Positions 24,220 to 38,610 of a DNA stretch of 64,000 nucleotides are shown piece after piece. This stretch comes from Auanema rhodensis (lineage: Eukaryota; Animalia; Nematoda): contig OZ059897.1 in NCBI GenBank assembly GCA_964057225.1, forward strand, positions 17,670,001 through 17,734,000, in the 5' to 3' direction. The notes beneath the pieces are model-generated. The model was given only the letters and a program-made list of their open reading frames with translations. It was not told the origin of the DNA and did not search any database. A program made the position numbers and the translations under genes. The first letter of the stretch is position 1. Each line of letters opens with the position of its first letter.

Positions 24220-27200
24220 TTTTCGAAAAATTTCAAAATAATTTAACAAAAAGTACATTTTTGTAGGTTCCTTTTTTCAAGGCAAAGACGATGGACAATG
24301 TTATCCAACGAAAAAATTAATTCTTCAGGGTGAAAATCGAGGATATAAGTGTGAACTTATATCAGTTGATATCTCGGTGCATTTTCAAGCTAGCGCAAAT
24401 CTGATAACACAGATCGACGCAGCTTAAAAATCCGCATCGAATGCACTATACTACATTGAGAAACGCTTAATACAAAAATTAGTTATGATCGTTTGAAAAA
24501 TGATGCATTAGTGTATGTTGAGTTTCCATGTACACTCAACATTGCTTCCAAAAACATTTTGACAAAAATTTTTTCGAAAAATTTCAAAATAATTTAGCAA
24601 AAAGTAGATGTTTTTAGATTCCTTTTTTCAAGGCAAAGACGATGGACAATGTTATCCAACGAAAAAATTAATTCTTCAGGGTGAAAATCGAGGATATAAG
24701 TGTGAACTTATATCAGTTGATATCTCGGTGCATTTTTAAGCTAGCGCAAATCTGATAACACAGATCGACGCAGCTTAAAAATCCACATCGAATGCACTAT
24801 ACTACATTGAAAAACGCTTAATACAAAAATTAGTTATGATCGTTTGAAAAATGATGCCTTAGTGTATGTTGAGTTTCCATGTACACTCAACATTGCTTCC
24901 AAAAACATTTTGACAAAAATTTTTTCGAAAAATTTCAAAATAATTTAGCAAAAAGTAGATGTTTTTAGATTCCTTTTTTCAAGGCAAAGACGATGGACAA
25001 TGTTATTCAACGAAAAAATTAATTCTTCAGGGTGAAAATCGAGGATATAAGTGTGAACTTATATCAGTTGATATCTCGGTGCATTTTTAAGCTAGCGCAA
25101 ATCTGATAACACAGATCGACGCAGCTTAAAAATCCGCATCGAATGCACTATACTACATTGAGAAACGCTTAATACAAAAATTAGTTATGATCGTTTGAAA
25201 AATGATGCATTAGTGTATGTTGAGTTTCCATGTACACTCAACATTGCTTCCAAAAACATTTTGACAAAAATTTTTTCGAAAAATTTCAAAATAATTTAGC
25301 AAAAAGTACATTTTTGTAGGTTCCTTTTTTCAAGGCAAAGACGATGGACAATGTTATTCAACGAAAAAATTAATTCTTCAGGGTGAAAATCGAGGATATA
25401 AGTGTGAACTTATATCAGTTGATATCTCGGTGCATTTTTAAGCTAGCGCAAATCTGATAACACAGATAGACGCAGCTTAAAAATCCGCATCGAATGCACT
25501 ATACTACATTGAGAAACGCTTAATACAAAAATTAGTTATGATCGTTTGAAAAATGATGCATTAGTGTATGTTGAGTTTCCATGTACACTTAACATTGCTT
25601 CCAAAAACATTTTGACAAAAATTTTTTCGAAAAATTTCAAAATAATTTAGCAAAAAGTAGATGTTTTTAGATTTCTTTTTTCAAGGCAAAGACGATGGAC
25701 AATGTTATTCAACGAAAAAATTAATTCTTCAGGGTGAAAATCGAGGATATAAGTGTGAACTTATATCAGTTGATATCTCGGTGCATTTTTAAGCTAGCGC
25801 AAATCTGATAACACAGATCGACGCAGCTTAAAAATCCGCATCGAATGCACTATACTACATTGAGAAACGCTTAATACAAAAATTAGTTATGATCGTTTGA
25901 AAAATGATGCATTAGTGTATGTTGAGTTTCCATGTACACTCAACATTGCTTCCAAAAACATTTTGACAAAAATTTTTTCGAAAAATTTCAAAATAATTTA
26001 ACAAAAAGTACATTTTTGTAGGTTCCTTTTTTCAAGGCAAAGACGATGGACAATGTTATCCAACGAAAAAATTAATTCTTCAGGGTGAAAATCGAGGATA
26101 TAAGTGTGAACTTATATCAGTTGATATCTCGGTGCATTTTCAAGCTAGCGCAAATCTGATAACACAGATCGACGCAGCTTAAAAATCCGCATCGAATGCA
26201 CTATACTACATTGAGAAACGCTTAATACAAAAATTAGTTATGATCGTTTGAAAAATGATGCATTAGTGTATGTTGAGTTTCCATGTACACTCAACATTGC
26301 TTCCAAAAACATTTTGACAAAAATTTTTTCGAAAAATTTCAAAATAATTTAACAAAAAGTACATTTTTGTAGGTTCCTTTTTTCAAGGCAAAGACGATGG
26401 ACAATGTTATCCAACGAAAAAATTAATTCTTCAGGGTGAAAATCGAGGATATAAGTGTGAACTTATATCAGTTGATATCTCGGTGCATTTTTAAGCTAGC
26501 GCAAATCTGATAACACAGATCGACGCAGCTTAAAAATCCGCATCGAATGCACTATACTACATTGAGAAACGCTTAATACAAAAATTAGTTATGATCGTTT
26601 GAAAAATGATGCATTAGTGTATGTTGAGTTTCCATGTACACTCAACATTGCTTCCAAAAACATTTTGACAAAAATTTTTTCGAAAAATTTCAAAATAATT
26701 TAACAAAAAGTACATTTTTGTAGGTTCCTTTTTTCAAGGCAAAGACGATGGACAATGTTATCCAACGAAAAAATTAATTCTTCAGGGTGAAAATCGAGGA
26801 TATAAGTGTGAACTTATATCAGTTGATATCTCGGTGCATTTTTAAGCTAGCGCAAATCTGATAACACAGATCGACGCAGCTTAAAAATCCGCATCGAATG
26901 CACTATACTACATTGAGAAACGCTTAATACAAAAATTAGTTATGATCGTTTGAAAAATGATGCATTAGTGTATGTTGAGTTTCCATGTACACTCAACATT
27001 GCTTCCAAAAACATTTTGACAAAAATTTTTTCGAAAAATTTCAAAATAATTTAACAAAAAGTACATTTTTGTAGGTTCCTTTTTTCAAGGCAAAGACGAT
27101 GGACAATGTTATCCAACGAAAAAATTAATTCTTCAGGGTGAAAATCGAGGATATAAGTGTGAACTTATATCAGTTGATATCTCGGTGCATTTTTAAGCTA

Positions 27201-27729
27201 GCGCAAATCTGATAACACAGATCGACGCAGCTTAAAAATCCGCATCGAATGCACTATACTACATTGAGAAACGCTTAATACAAAAATTAGTTATGATCGT
27301 TTGAAAAATGATGCATTAGTGTATGTTGAGTTTCCATGTACACTCAACATTGCTTCCAAAAACATTTTGACAAAAATTTTTTCGAAAAATTTCAAAATAA
27401 TTTAACAAAAAGTACATTTTTGTAGGTTCCTTTTTTCAAGGCAAAGACGATGGACAATGTTATCCAACGAAAAAATTAATTCTTCAGGGTGAAAATCGAG
27501 GATATAAGTGTGAACTTATATCAGTTGATATCTCGGTGCATTTTCAAGCTAGCGCAAATCTGATAACACAGATCGACGCAGCTTAAAAATCCGCATCGAA
27601 TGCACTATACTACATTGAGAAACGCTTAATACAAAAATTAGTTATGATCGTTTGAAAAATGATGCATTAGTGTATGTTGAGTTTCCATGTACACTCAACA
27701 TTGCTTCCAAAAACATTTTGACAAAAATT

Positions 27730-30537
27730 TTTTCGAAAAATTTCAAAATAATTTAGCAAAAAGTAGATGTTTTTAGATTCCTTTTTTCAAGGCAAAGACG
27801 ATGGACAATGTTATCCAACGAAAAAATTAATTCTTCAGGGTGAAAATCGAGGATATAAGTGTGAACTTATATCAGTTGATATCTCGGTGCATTTTTAAGC
27901 TAGCGCAAATCTGATAACACAGATCGACGCAGCTTAAAAATCCGCATCGAATGCACTATACTACATTGAGAAACGCTTAATACAAAAATTAGTTATGATC
28001 GTTTGAAAAATGATGCATTAGTGTATGTTGAGTTTCCATGTACACTCAACATTGCTTCCAAAAACATTTTGACAAAAATTTTTTCGAAAAATTTCAAAAT
28101 AATTTAACAAAAAGTACATTTTTGTAGGTTCCTTTTTTCAAGGCAAAGACGATGGACAATGTTATCCAACGAAAAAATTAATTCTTCAGGGTGAAAATCG
28201 AGGATATAAGTGTGAACTTATATCAGTTGATATCTCGGTGCATTTTTAAGCTAGCGCAAATCTGATAACACAGATCGACGCAGCTTAAAAATCCGCATCG
28301 AATGCACTATACTACATTGAGAAACGCTTAATACAAAAATTAGTTATGATCGTTTGAAAAATGATGCATTAGTGTATGTTGAGTTTCCATGTACACTCAA
28401 CATTGCTTCCAAAAACATTTTGACAAAAATTTTTTCGAAAAATTTCAAAATAATTTAACAAAAAGTACATTTTTGTAGGTTCCTTTTTTCAAGGCAAAGA
28501 CGATGGACAATGTTATCCAACGAAAAAATTAATTCTTCAGGGTGAAAATCGAGGATATAAGTGTGAACTTATATCAGTTGATATCTCGGTGCATTTTTAA
28601 GCTAGCGCAAATCTGATAACACAGATCGACGCAGCTTAAAAATCCGCATCGAATGCACTATACTACATTGAGAAACGCTTAATACAAAAATTAGTTATGA
28701 TCGTTTGAAAAATGATGCATTAGTGTATGTTGAGTTTCCATGTACACTCAACATTGCTTCCAAAAACATTTTGACAAAAATTTTTTCGAAAAATTTCAAA
28801 ATAATTTAGCAAAAAGTAGATGTTTTTAGATTCCTTTTTTCAAGGCAAAGACGATGGACAATGTTATTCAACGAAAAAAACAATTCTTCAGGGTGAAAAT
28901 CGAGGATATAAGTGTGAACTTATATCAGTTGATATCTCGGTGCATTTTTAAGCTAGCGCAAATCTGATAACACAGATCGACGCAGCTTAAAAATCCGCAT
29001 CGAATGCACTATACTACATTGAGAAACGCTTAATACAAAAATTAGTTATGATCGTTTGAAAAATGATGCATTAGTGTATGTTGAGTTTCCATGTACACTC
29101 AACATTGCTTCCAAAAACATTTTGACAAAAATTTTTTCGAAAAATTTCAAAATAATTTAGCAAAAAGTAGATGTTTTTAGATTCCTTTTTTCAAGGCAAA
29201 GACGATGGACAATGTTATCCAACGAAAAAATTAATTCTTCAGGGTGAAAATCGAGGATATAAGTGTGAACTTATATCAGTTGATATCTCGGTGCATTTTT
29301 AAGCTAGCGCAAATCTGATAACACAGATCGACGCAGCTTAAAAATCCGCATCGAATGCACTATACTACATTGAGAAACGCTTAATACAAAAATTAGTTAT
29401 GATCGTTTGAAAAATGATGCATTAGTGTATGTTGAGTTTCCATGTACACTCAACATTGCTTCCAAAAACATTTTGACAAAAATTTTTTCGAAAAATTTCA
29501 AAATAATTTAACAAAAAGTACATTTTTGTAGGTTCCTTTTTTCAAGGCAAAGACGATGGACAATGTTATCCAACGAAAAAATTAATTCTTCAGGGTGAAA
29601 ATCGAGGATATAAGTGTGAACTTATATCAGTTGATATCTCGGTGCATTTTTAAGCTAGCGCAAATCTGATAACACAGATCGACGCAGCTTAAAAATCCGC
29701 ATCGAATGCACTATACTACATTGAGAAACGCTTAATACAAAAATTAGTTATGATCGTTTGAAAAATGATGCATTAGTGTATGTTGAGTTTCCATGTACAC
29801 TCAACATTGCTTCCAAAAACATTTTGACAAAAATTTTTTCGAAAAATTTCAAAATAATTTAACAAAAAGTACATTTTTGTAGGTTCCTTCTTTCAAGGCA
29901 AAGACGATGGACAATGTTATCCAACGAAAAAATTAATTCTTCAGGGTGAAAATCGAGGATATAAGTGTGAACTTATATCAGTTGATATCTCGGTGCATTT
30001 TTAAGCTAGCGCAAATCTGATAACACAGATCGACGCAGCTTAAAAATCCGCATCGAATGCACTATACTACATTGAGAAACGCTTAATACAAAAATTAGTT
30101 ATGATCGTTTGAAAAATGATGCATTAGTGTATGTTGAGTTTCCATGTACACTCAACATTGCTTCCAAAAACATTTTGACAAAAATTTTTTCGAAAAATTT
30201 CAAAATAATTTAGCAAAAAGTAGATGTTTTTAGATTCCTTTTTTCAAGGCAAAGACGATGGACAATGTTATTCAACGAAAAAAACAATTCTTCAGGGTGA
30301 AAATCGAGGATATAAGTGTGAACTTATATCAGTTGATATCTCGGTGCATTTTTAAGCTAGCGCAAATCTGATAACACAGATCGACGCAGCTTAAAAATCC
30401 GCATCGAATGCACTATACTACATTGAGAAACGCTTAATACAAAAATTAGTTATGATCGTTTGAAAAATGATGCATTAGTGTATGTTGAGTTTCCATGTAC
30501 ACTCAACATTGCTTCCAAAAACATTTTGACAAAAATT
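27730..30537. repeat. 4-mer tandem duplication (2 x 1404 bp)
   Basis: The order A(m86C), B, B, A(m98-99AC) is seen from 27730 and again from 29134. Confidence 0.75.
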
Positions 30538-33500
30538 TTTTCGAAAAATTTCAAAATAATTTAGCAAAAAGTAGATGTTTTTAGATTCCTTTTTTCAAGG
30601 CAAAGACGATGGACAATGTTATTCAACGAAAAAATTAATTCTTCAGGGTGAAAATCGAGGATATAAGTGTGAACTTATATCAGTTGATATCTCGGTGCAT
30701 TTTCAAGCTAGCGCAAATCTGATAACACAGATCGACGCAGCTTAAAAATCCGCATCGAATGCACTATACTACATTGAGAAACGCTTAATACAAAAATTAG
30801 TTATGATCGTTTGAAAAATGATGCATTAGTGTATGTTGAGTTTCCATGTACACTCAACATTGCTTCCAAAAACATTTTGACAAAAATTTTTTCGAAAAAT
30901 TTCAAAATAATTTAGCAAAAAGTAGATGTTTTTAGATTCCTTTTTTCAAGGCAAAGACGATGGACAATGTTATTCAACGAAAAAATTAATTCTTCAGGGT
31001 GAAAATCGAGGATATAAGTGTGAACTTATATCAGTTGATATCTCGGTGCATTTTTAAGCTAGCGCAAATCTGATAACACAGATCGACGCAGCTTAAAAAT
31101 CCGCATCGAATGCACTATACTACATTGAGAAACGCTTAATACAAAAATTAGTTATGATCGTTTGAAAAATGATGCATTAGTGTATGTTGAGTTTCCATGT
31201 ACACTCAACATTGCTTCCAAAAACATTTTGACAAAAATTTTTTCGAAAAATTTCAAAATAATTTAGCAAAAAGTACATTTTTGTAGGTTCCTTTTTTCAA
31301 GGCAAAGACGATGGACAATGTTATTCAACGAAAAAATTAATTCTTCAGGGTGAAAATCGAGGATATAAGTGTGAACTTATATCAGTTGATATCTCGGTGC
31401 ATTTTTAAGCTAGCGCAAATCTGATAACACAGATCGACGCAGCTTAAAAATCCGCATCGAATGCACTATACTACATTGAGAAACGCTTAATACAAAAATT
31501 AGTTATGATCGTTTGAAAAATGATGCATTAGTGTATGTTGAGTTTCCATGTACACTCAACATTGCTTCCAAAAACATTTTGACAAAAATTTTTTCGAAAA
31601 ATTTCAAAATAATTTAGCAAAAAGTAGATGTTTTTAGATTTCTTTTTTCAAGGCAAAGACGATGGACAATGTTATTCAACGAAAAAATTAATTCTTCAGG
31701 GTGAAAATCGAGGATATAAGTGTGAACTTATATCAGTTGATATCTCGGTGCATTTTTAAGCTAGCGCAAATCTGATAACACAGATCGACGCAGCTTAAAA
31801 ATCCGCATCGAATGCACTATACTACATTGAGAAACGCTTAATACAAAAATTAGTTATGATCGTTTGAAAAATGATGCATTAGTGTATGTTGAGTTTCCAT
31901 GTACACTCAACATTGCTTCCAAAAACATTTTGACAAAAATTTTTTCGAAAAATTTCAAAATAATTTAACAAAAAGTACATTTTTGTAGGTTCCTTTTTTC
32001 AAGGCAAAGACGATGGACAATGTTATCCAACGAAAAAATTAATTCTTCAGGGTGAAAATCGAGGATATAAGTGTGAACTTATATCAGTTGATATCTCGGT
32101 GCATTTTCAAGCTAGCGCAAATCTGATAACACAGATCGACGCAGCTTAAAAATCCGCATCGAATGCACTATACTACATTGAGAAACGCTTAATACAAAAA
32201 TTAGTTATGATCGTTTGAAAAATGATGCATTAGTGTATGTTGAGTTTCCATGTACACTCAACATTGCTTCCAAAAACATTTTGACAAAAATTTTTTCGAA
32301 AAATTTCAAAATAATTTAGCAAAAAGTAGATGTTTTTAGATTCCTTTTTTCAAGGCAAAGACGATGGACAATGTTATCCAACGAAAAAATTAATTCTTCA
32401 GGGTGAAAATCGAGGATATAAGTGTGAACTTATATCAGTTGATATCTCGGTGCATTTTTAAGCTAGCGCAAATCTGATAACACAGATCGACGCAGCTTAA
32501 AAATCCGCATCGAATGCACTATACTACATTGAGAAACGCTTAATACAAAAATTAGTTATGATCGTTTGAAAAATGATGCATTAGTGTATGTTGAGTTTCC
32601 ATGTACACTCAACATTGCTTCCAAAAACATTTTGACAAAAATTTTTTCGAAAAATTTCAAAATAATTTAACAAAAAGTACATTTTTGTAGGTTCCTTTTT
32701 TCAAGGCAAAGACGATGGACAATGTTATCCAACGAAAAAATTAATTCTTCAGGGTGAAAATCGAGGATATAAGTGTGAACTTATATCAGTTGATATCTCG
32801 GTGCATTTTTAAGCTAGCGCAAATCTGATAACACAGATCGACGCAGCTTAAAAATCCGCATCGAATGCACTATACTACATTGAGAAACGCTTAATACAAA
32901 AATTAGTTATGATCGTTTGAAAAATGATGCATTAGTGTATGTTGAGTTTCCATGTACACTCAACATTGCTTCCAAAAACATTTTGACAAAAATTTTTTCG
33001 AAAAATTTCAAAATAATTTAACAAAAAGTACATTTTTGTAGGTTCCTTTTTTCAAGGCAAAGACGATGGACAATGTTATCCAACGAAAAAATTAATTCTT
33101 CAGGGTGAAAATCGAGGATATAAGTGTGAACTTATATCAGTTGATATCTCGGTGCATTTTTAAGCTAGCGCAAATCTGATAACACAGATCGACGCAGCTT
33201 AAAAATCCGCATCGAATGCACTATACTACATTGAGAAACGCTTAATACAAAAATTAGTTATGATCGTTTGAAAAATGATGCATTAGTGTATGTTGAGTTT
33301 CCATGTACACTCAACATTGCTTCCAAAAACATTTTGACAAAAATTTTTTCGAAAAATTTCAAAATAATTTAGCAAAAAGTAGATGTTTTTAGATTCCTTT
33401 TTTCAAGGCAAAGACGATGGACAATGTTATTCAACGAAAAAATTAATTCTTCAGGGTGAAAATCGAGGATATAAGTGTGAACTTATATCAGTTGATATCT

Positions 33501-36500
33501 CGGTGCATTTTTAAGCTAGCGCAAATCTGATAACACAGATCGACGCAGCTTAAAAATCCGCATCGAATGCACTATACTACATTGAGAAACGCTTAATACA
33601 AAAATTAGTTATGATCGTTTGAAAAATGATGCATTAGTGTATGTTGAGTTTCCATGTACACTCAACATTGCTTCCAAAAACATTTTGACAAAAATTTTTT
33701 CGAAAAATTTCAAAATAATTTAGCAAAAAGTACATTTTTGTAGGTTCCTTTTTTCAAGGCAAAGACGATGGACAATGTTATTCAACGAAAAAATTAATTC
33801 TTCAGGGTGAAAATCGAGGATATAAGTGTGAACTTATATCAGTTGATATCTCGGTGCATTTTTAAGCTAGCGCAAATCTGATAACACAGATCGACGCAGC
33901 TTAAAAATCCGCATCGAATGCACTATACTACATTGAGAAACGCTTAATACAAAAATTAGTTATGATCGTTTGAAAAATGATGCATTAGTGTATGTTGAGT
34001 TTCCATGTACACTCAACATTGCTTCCAAAAACATTTTGACAAAAATTTTTTCGAAAAATTTCAAAATAATTTAGCAAAAAGTAGATGTTTTTAGATTTCT
34101 TTTTTCAAGGCAAAGACGATGGACAATGTTATTCAACGAAAAAATTAATTCTTCAGGGTGAAAATCGAGGATATAAGTGTGAACTTATATCAGTTGATAT
34201 CTCGGTGCATTTTTAAGCTAGCGCAAATCTGATAACACAGATCGACGCAGCTTAAAAATCCGCATCGAATGCACTATACTACATTGAGAAACGCTTAATA
34301 CAAAAATTAGTTATGATCGTTTGAAAAATGATGCATTAGTGTATGTTGAGTTTCCATGTACACTCAACATTGCTTCCAAAAACATTTTGACAAAAATTTT
34401 TTCGAAAAATTTCAAAATAATTTAACAAAAAGTACATTTTTGTAGGTTCCTTTTTTCAAGGCAAAGACGATGGACAATGTTATCCAACGAAAAAATTAAT
34501 TCTTCAGGGTGAAAATCGAGGATATAAGTGTGAACTTATATCAGTTGATATCTCGGTGCATTTTCAAGCTAGCGCAAATCTGATAACACAGATCGACGCA
34601 GCTTAAAAATCCGCATCGAATGCACTATACTACATTGAGAAACGCTTAATACAAAAATTAGTTATGATCGTTTGAAAAATGATGCATTAGTGTATGTTGA
34701 GTTTCCATGTACACTCAACATTGCTTCCAAAAACATTTTGACAAAAATTTTTTCGAAAAATTTCAAAATAATTTAGCAAAAAGTAGATGTTTTTAGATTC
34801 CTTTTTTCAAGGCAAAGACGATGGACAATGTTATCCAACGAAAAAATTAATTCTTCAGGGTGAAAATCGAGGATATAAGTGTGAACTTATATCAGTTGAT
34901 ATCTCGGTGCATTTTTAAGCTAGCGCAAATCTGATAACACAGATCGACGCAGCTTAAAAATCCGCATCGAATGCACTATACTACATTGAGAAACGCTTAA
35001 TACAAAAATTAGTTATGATCGTTTGAAAAATGATGCATTAGTGTATGTTGAGTTTCCATGTACACTCAACATTGCTTCCAAAAACATTTTGACAAAAATT
35101 TTTTCGAAAAATTTCAAAATAATTTAACAAAAAGTACATTTTTGTAGGTTCCTTTTTTCAAGGCAAAGACGATGGACAATGTTATCCAACGAAAAAATTA
35201 ATTCTTCAGGGTGAAAATCGAGGATATAAGTGTGAACTTATATCAGTTGATATCTCGGTGCATTTTTAAGCTAGCGCAAATCTGATAACACAGATCGACG
35301 CAGCTTAAAAATCCGCATCGAATGCACTATACTACATTGAGAAACGCTTAATACAAAAATTAGTTATGATCGTTTGAAAAATGATGCATTAGTGTATGTT
35401 GAGTTTCCATGTACACTCAACATTGCTTCCAAAAACATTTTGACAAAAATTTTTTCGAAAAATTTCAAAATAATTTAACAAAAAGTACATTTTTGTAGGT
35501 TCCTTTTTTCAAGGCAAAGACGATGGACAATGTTATCCAACGAAAAAATTAATTCTTCAGGGTGAAAATCGAGGATATAAGTGTGAACTTATATCAGTTG
35601 ATATCTCGGTGCATTTTTAAGCTAGCGCAAATCTGATAACACAGATCGACGCAGCTTAAAAATCCGCATCGAATGCACTATACTACATTGAGAAACGCTT
35701 AATACAAAAATTAGTTATGATCGTTTGAAAAATGATGCATTAGTGTATGTTGAGTTTCCATGTACACTCAACATTGCTTCCAAAAACATTTTGACAAAAA
35801 TTTTTTCGAAAAATTTCAAAATAATTTAGCAAAAAGTAGATGTTTTTAGATTCCTTTTTTCAAGGCAAAGACGATGGACAATGTTATTCAACGAAAAAAA
35901 CAATTCTTCAGGGTGAAAATCGAGGATATAAGTGTGAACTTATATCAGTTGATATCTCGGTGCATTTTTAAGCTAGCGCAAATCTGATAACACAGATCGA
36001 CGCAGCTTAAAAATCCACATCGAATGCACTATACTACATTGAAAAACGCTTAATACAAAAATTAGTTATGATCGTTTGAAAAATGATGCCTTAGTGTATG
36101 TTGAGTTTCCATGTACACTCAACATTGCTTCCAAAAACATTTTGACAAAAATTTTTTCGAAAAATTTCAAAATAATTTAGCAAAAAGTAGATGTTTTTAG
36201 ATTCCTTTTTTCAAGGCAAAGACGATGGACAATGTTATTCAACGAAAAAATTAATTCTTCAGGGTGAAAATCGAGGATATAAGTGTGAACTTATATCAGT
36301 TGATATCTCGGTGCATTTTTAAGCTAGCGCAAATCTGATAACACAGATCGACGCAGCTTAAAAATCCGCATCGAATGCACTATACTACATTGAGAAACGC
36401 TTAATACAAAAATTAGTTATGATCGTTTGAAAAATGATGCATTAGTGTATGTTGAGTTTCCATGTACACTCAACATTGCTTCCAAAAACATTTTGACAAA

Positions 36501-38610
36501 AATTTTTTCGAAAAATTTCAAAATAATTTAGCAAAAAGTACATTTTTGTAGGTTCCTTTTTTCAAGGCAAAGACGATGGACAATGTTATTCAACGAAAAA
36601 ATTAATTCTTCAGGGTGAAAATCGAGGATATAAGTGTGAACTTATATCAGTTGATATCTCGGTGCATTTTTAAGCTAGCGCAAATCTGATAACACAGATC
36701 GACGCAGCTTAAAAATCCGCATCGAATGCACTATACTACATTGAGAAACGCTTAATACAAAAATTAGTTATGATCGTTTGAAAAATGATGCATTAGTGTA
36801 TGTTGAGTTTCCATGTACACTCAACATTGCTTCCAAAAACATTTTGACAAAAATTTTTTCGAAAAATTTCAAAATAATTTAGCAAAAAGTAGATGTTTTT
36901 AGATTTCTTTTCTCAAGGCAAAGACGATGGACAATGTTATTCAACGAAAAAATTAATTCTTCAGGGTGAAAATCGAGGATATAAGTGTGAACTTATATCA
37001 GTTGATATCTCGGTGCATTTTTAAGCTAGCGCAAATCTGATAACACAGATCGACGCAGCTTAAAAATCCGCATCGAATGCACTATACTACATTGAGAAAC
37101 GCTTAATACAAAAATTAGTTATGATCGTTTGAAAAATGATGCATTAGTGTATGTTGAGTTTCCATGTACACTCAACATTGCTTCCAAAAACATTTTGACA
37201 AAAATTTTTTCGAAAAATTTCAAAATAATTTAGCAAAAAGTACATTTTTGTAGGTTCCTTTTTTCAAGGCAAAGACGATGGACAATGTTATTCAACGAAA
37301 AAATTAATTCTTCAGGGTGAAAATCGAGGATATAAGTGTGAACTTATATCAGTTGATATCTCGGTGCATTTTTAAGCTAGCGCAAATCTGATAACACAGA
37401 TCGACGCAGCTTAAAAATCCGCATCGAATGCACTATACTACATTGAGAAACGCTTAATACAAAAATTAGTTATGATCGTTTGAAAAATGATGCATTAGTG
37501 TATGTTGAGTTTCCATGTACACTCAACATTGCTTCCAAAAACATTTTGACAAAAATTTTTTCGAAAAATTTCAAAATAATTTAGCAAAAAGTAGATGTTT
37601 TTAGATTCCTTTTTTCAAGGCAAAGACGATGGACAATGTTATTCAACGAAAAAAACAATTCTTCAGGGTGAAAATCGAGGATATAAGTGTGAACTTATAT
37701 CAGTTGATATCTCGGTGCATTTTTAAGCTAGCGCAAATCTGATAACACAGATCGACGCAGCTTAAAAATCCACATCGAATGCACTATACTACATTGCAAA
37801 ACGCTTAATACAAAAATTAGTTATGATCGTTTGAAAAATGATGCCTTAGTGTATGTTGAGTTTCCATGTACACTCAACATTGCTTCCAAAAACATTTTGA
37901 CAAAAATTTTTTCGAAAAATTTCAAAATAATTTAGCAAAAAGTAGATGTTTTTAGATTCCTTTTTTCAAGGCAAAGACGATGGACAATGTTATTCAACGA
38001 AAAAATTAATTCTTCAGGGTGAAAATCGAGGATATAAGTGTGAACTTATATCAGTTGATATCTCGGTGCATTTTTAAGCTAGCGCAAATCTGATAACACA
38101 GATCGACGCAGCTTAAAAATCCGCATCGAATGCACTATACTACATTGAGAAACGCTTAATACAAAAATTAGTTATGATCGTTTGAAAAATGATGCATTAG
38201 TGTATGTTGAGTTTCCATGTACACTCAACATTGCTTCCAAAAACATTTTGACAAAAATTTTTTCGAAAAATTTCAAAATAATTTAACAAAAAGTACATTT
38301 TTGTAGGTTCCTTTTTTCAAGGCAAAGACGATGGACAATGTTATCCAACGAAAAAATTAATTCTTCAGGGTGAAAATCGAGGATATAAGTGTGAACTTAT
38401 ATCAGTTGATATCTCGGTGCATTTTTAAGCTAGCGCAAATCTGATAACACAGATCGACGCAGCTTAAAAATCCGCATCGAATGCACTATACTACATTGAG
38501 AAACGCTTAATACAAAAATTAGTTATGATCGTTTGAAAAATGATGCATTAGTGTATGTTGAGTTTCCATGTACACTCAACATTGCTTCCAAAAACATTTT
38601 GACAAAAATT

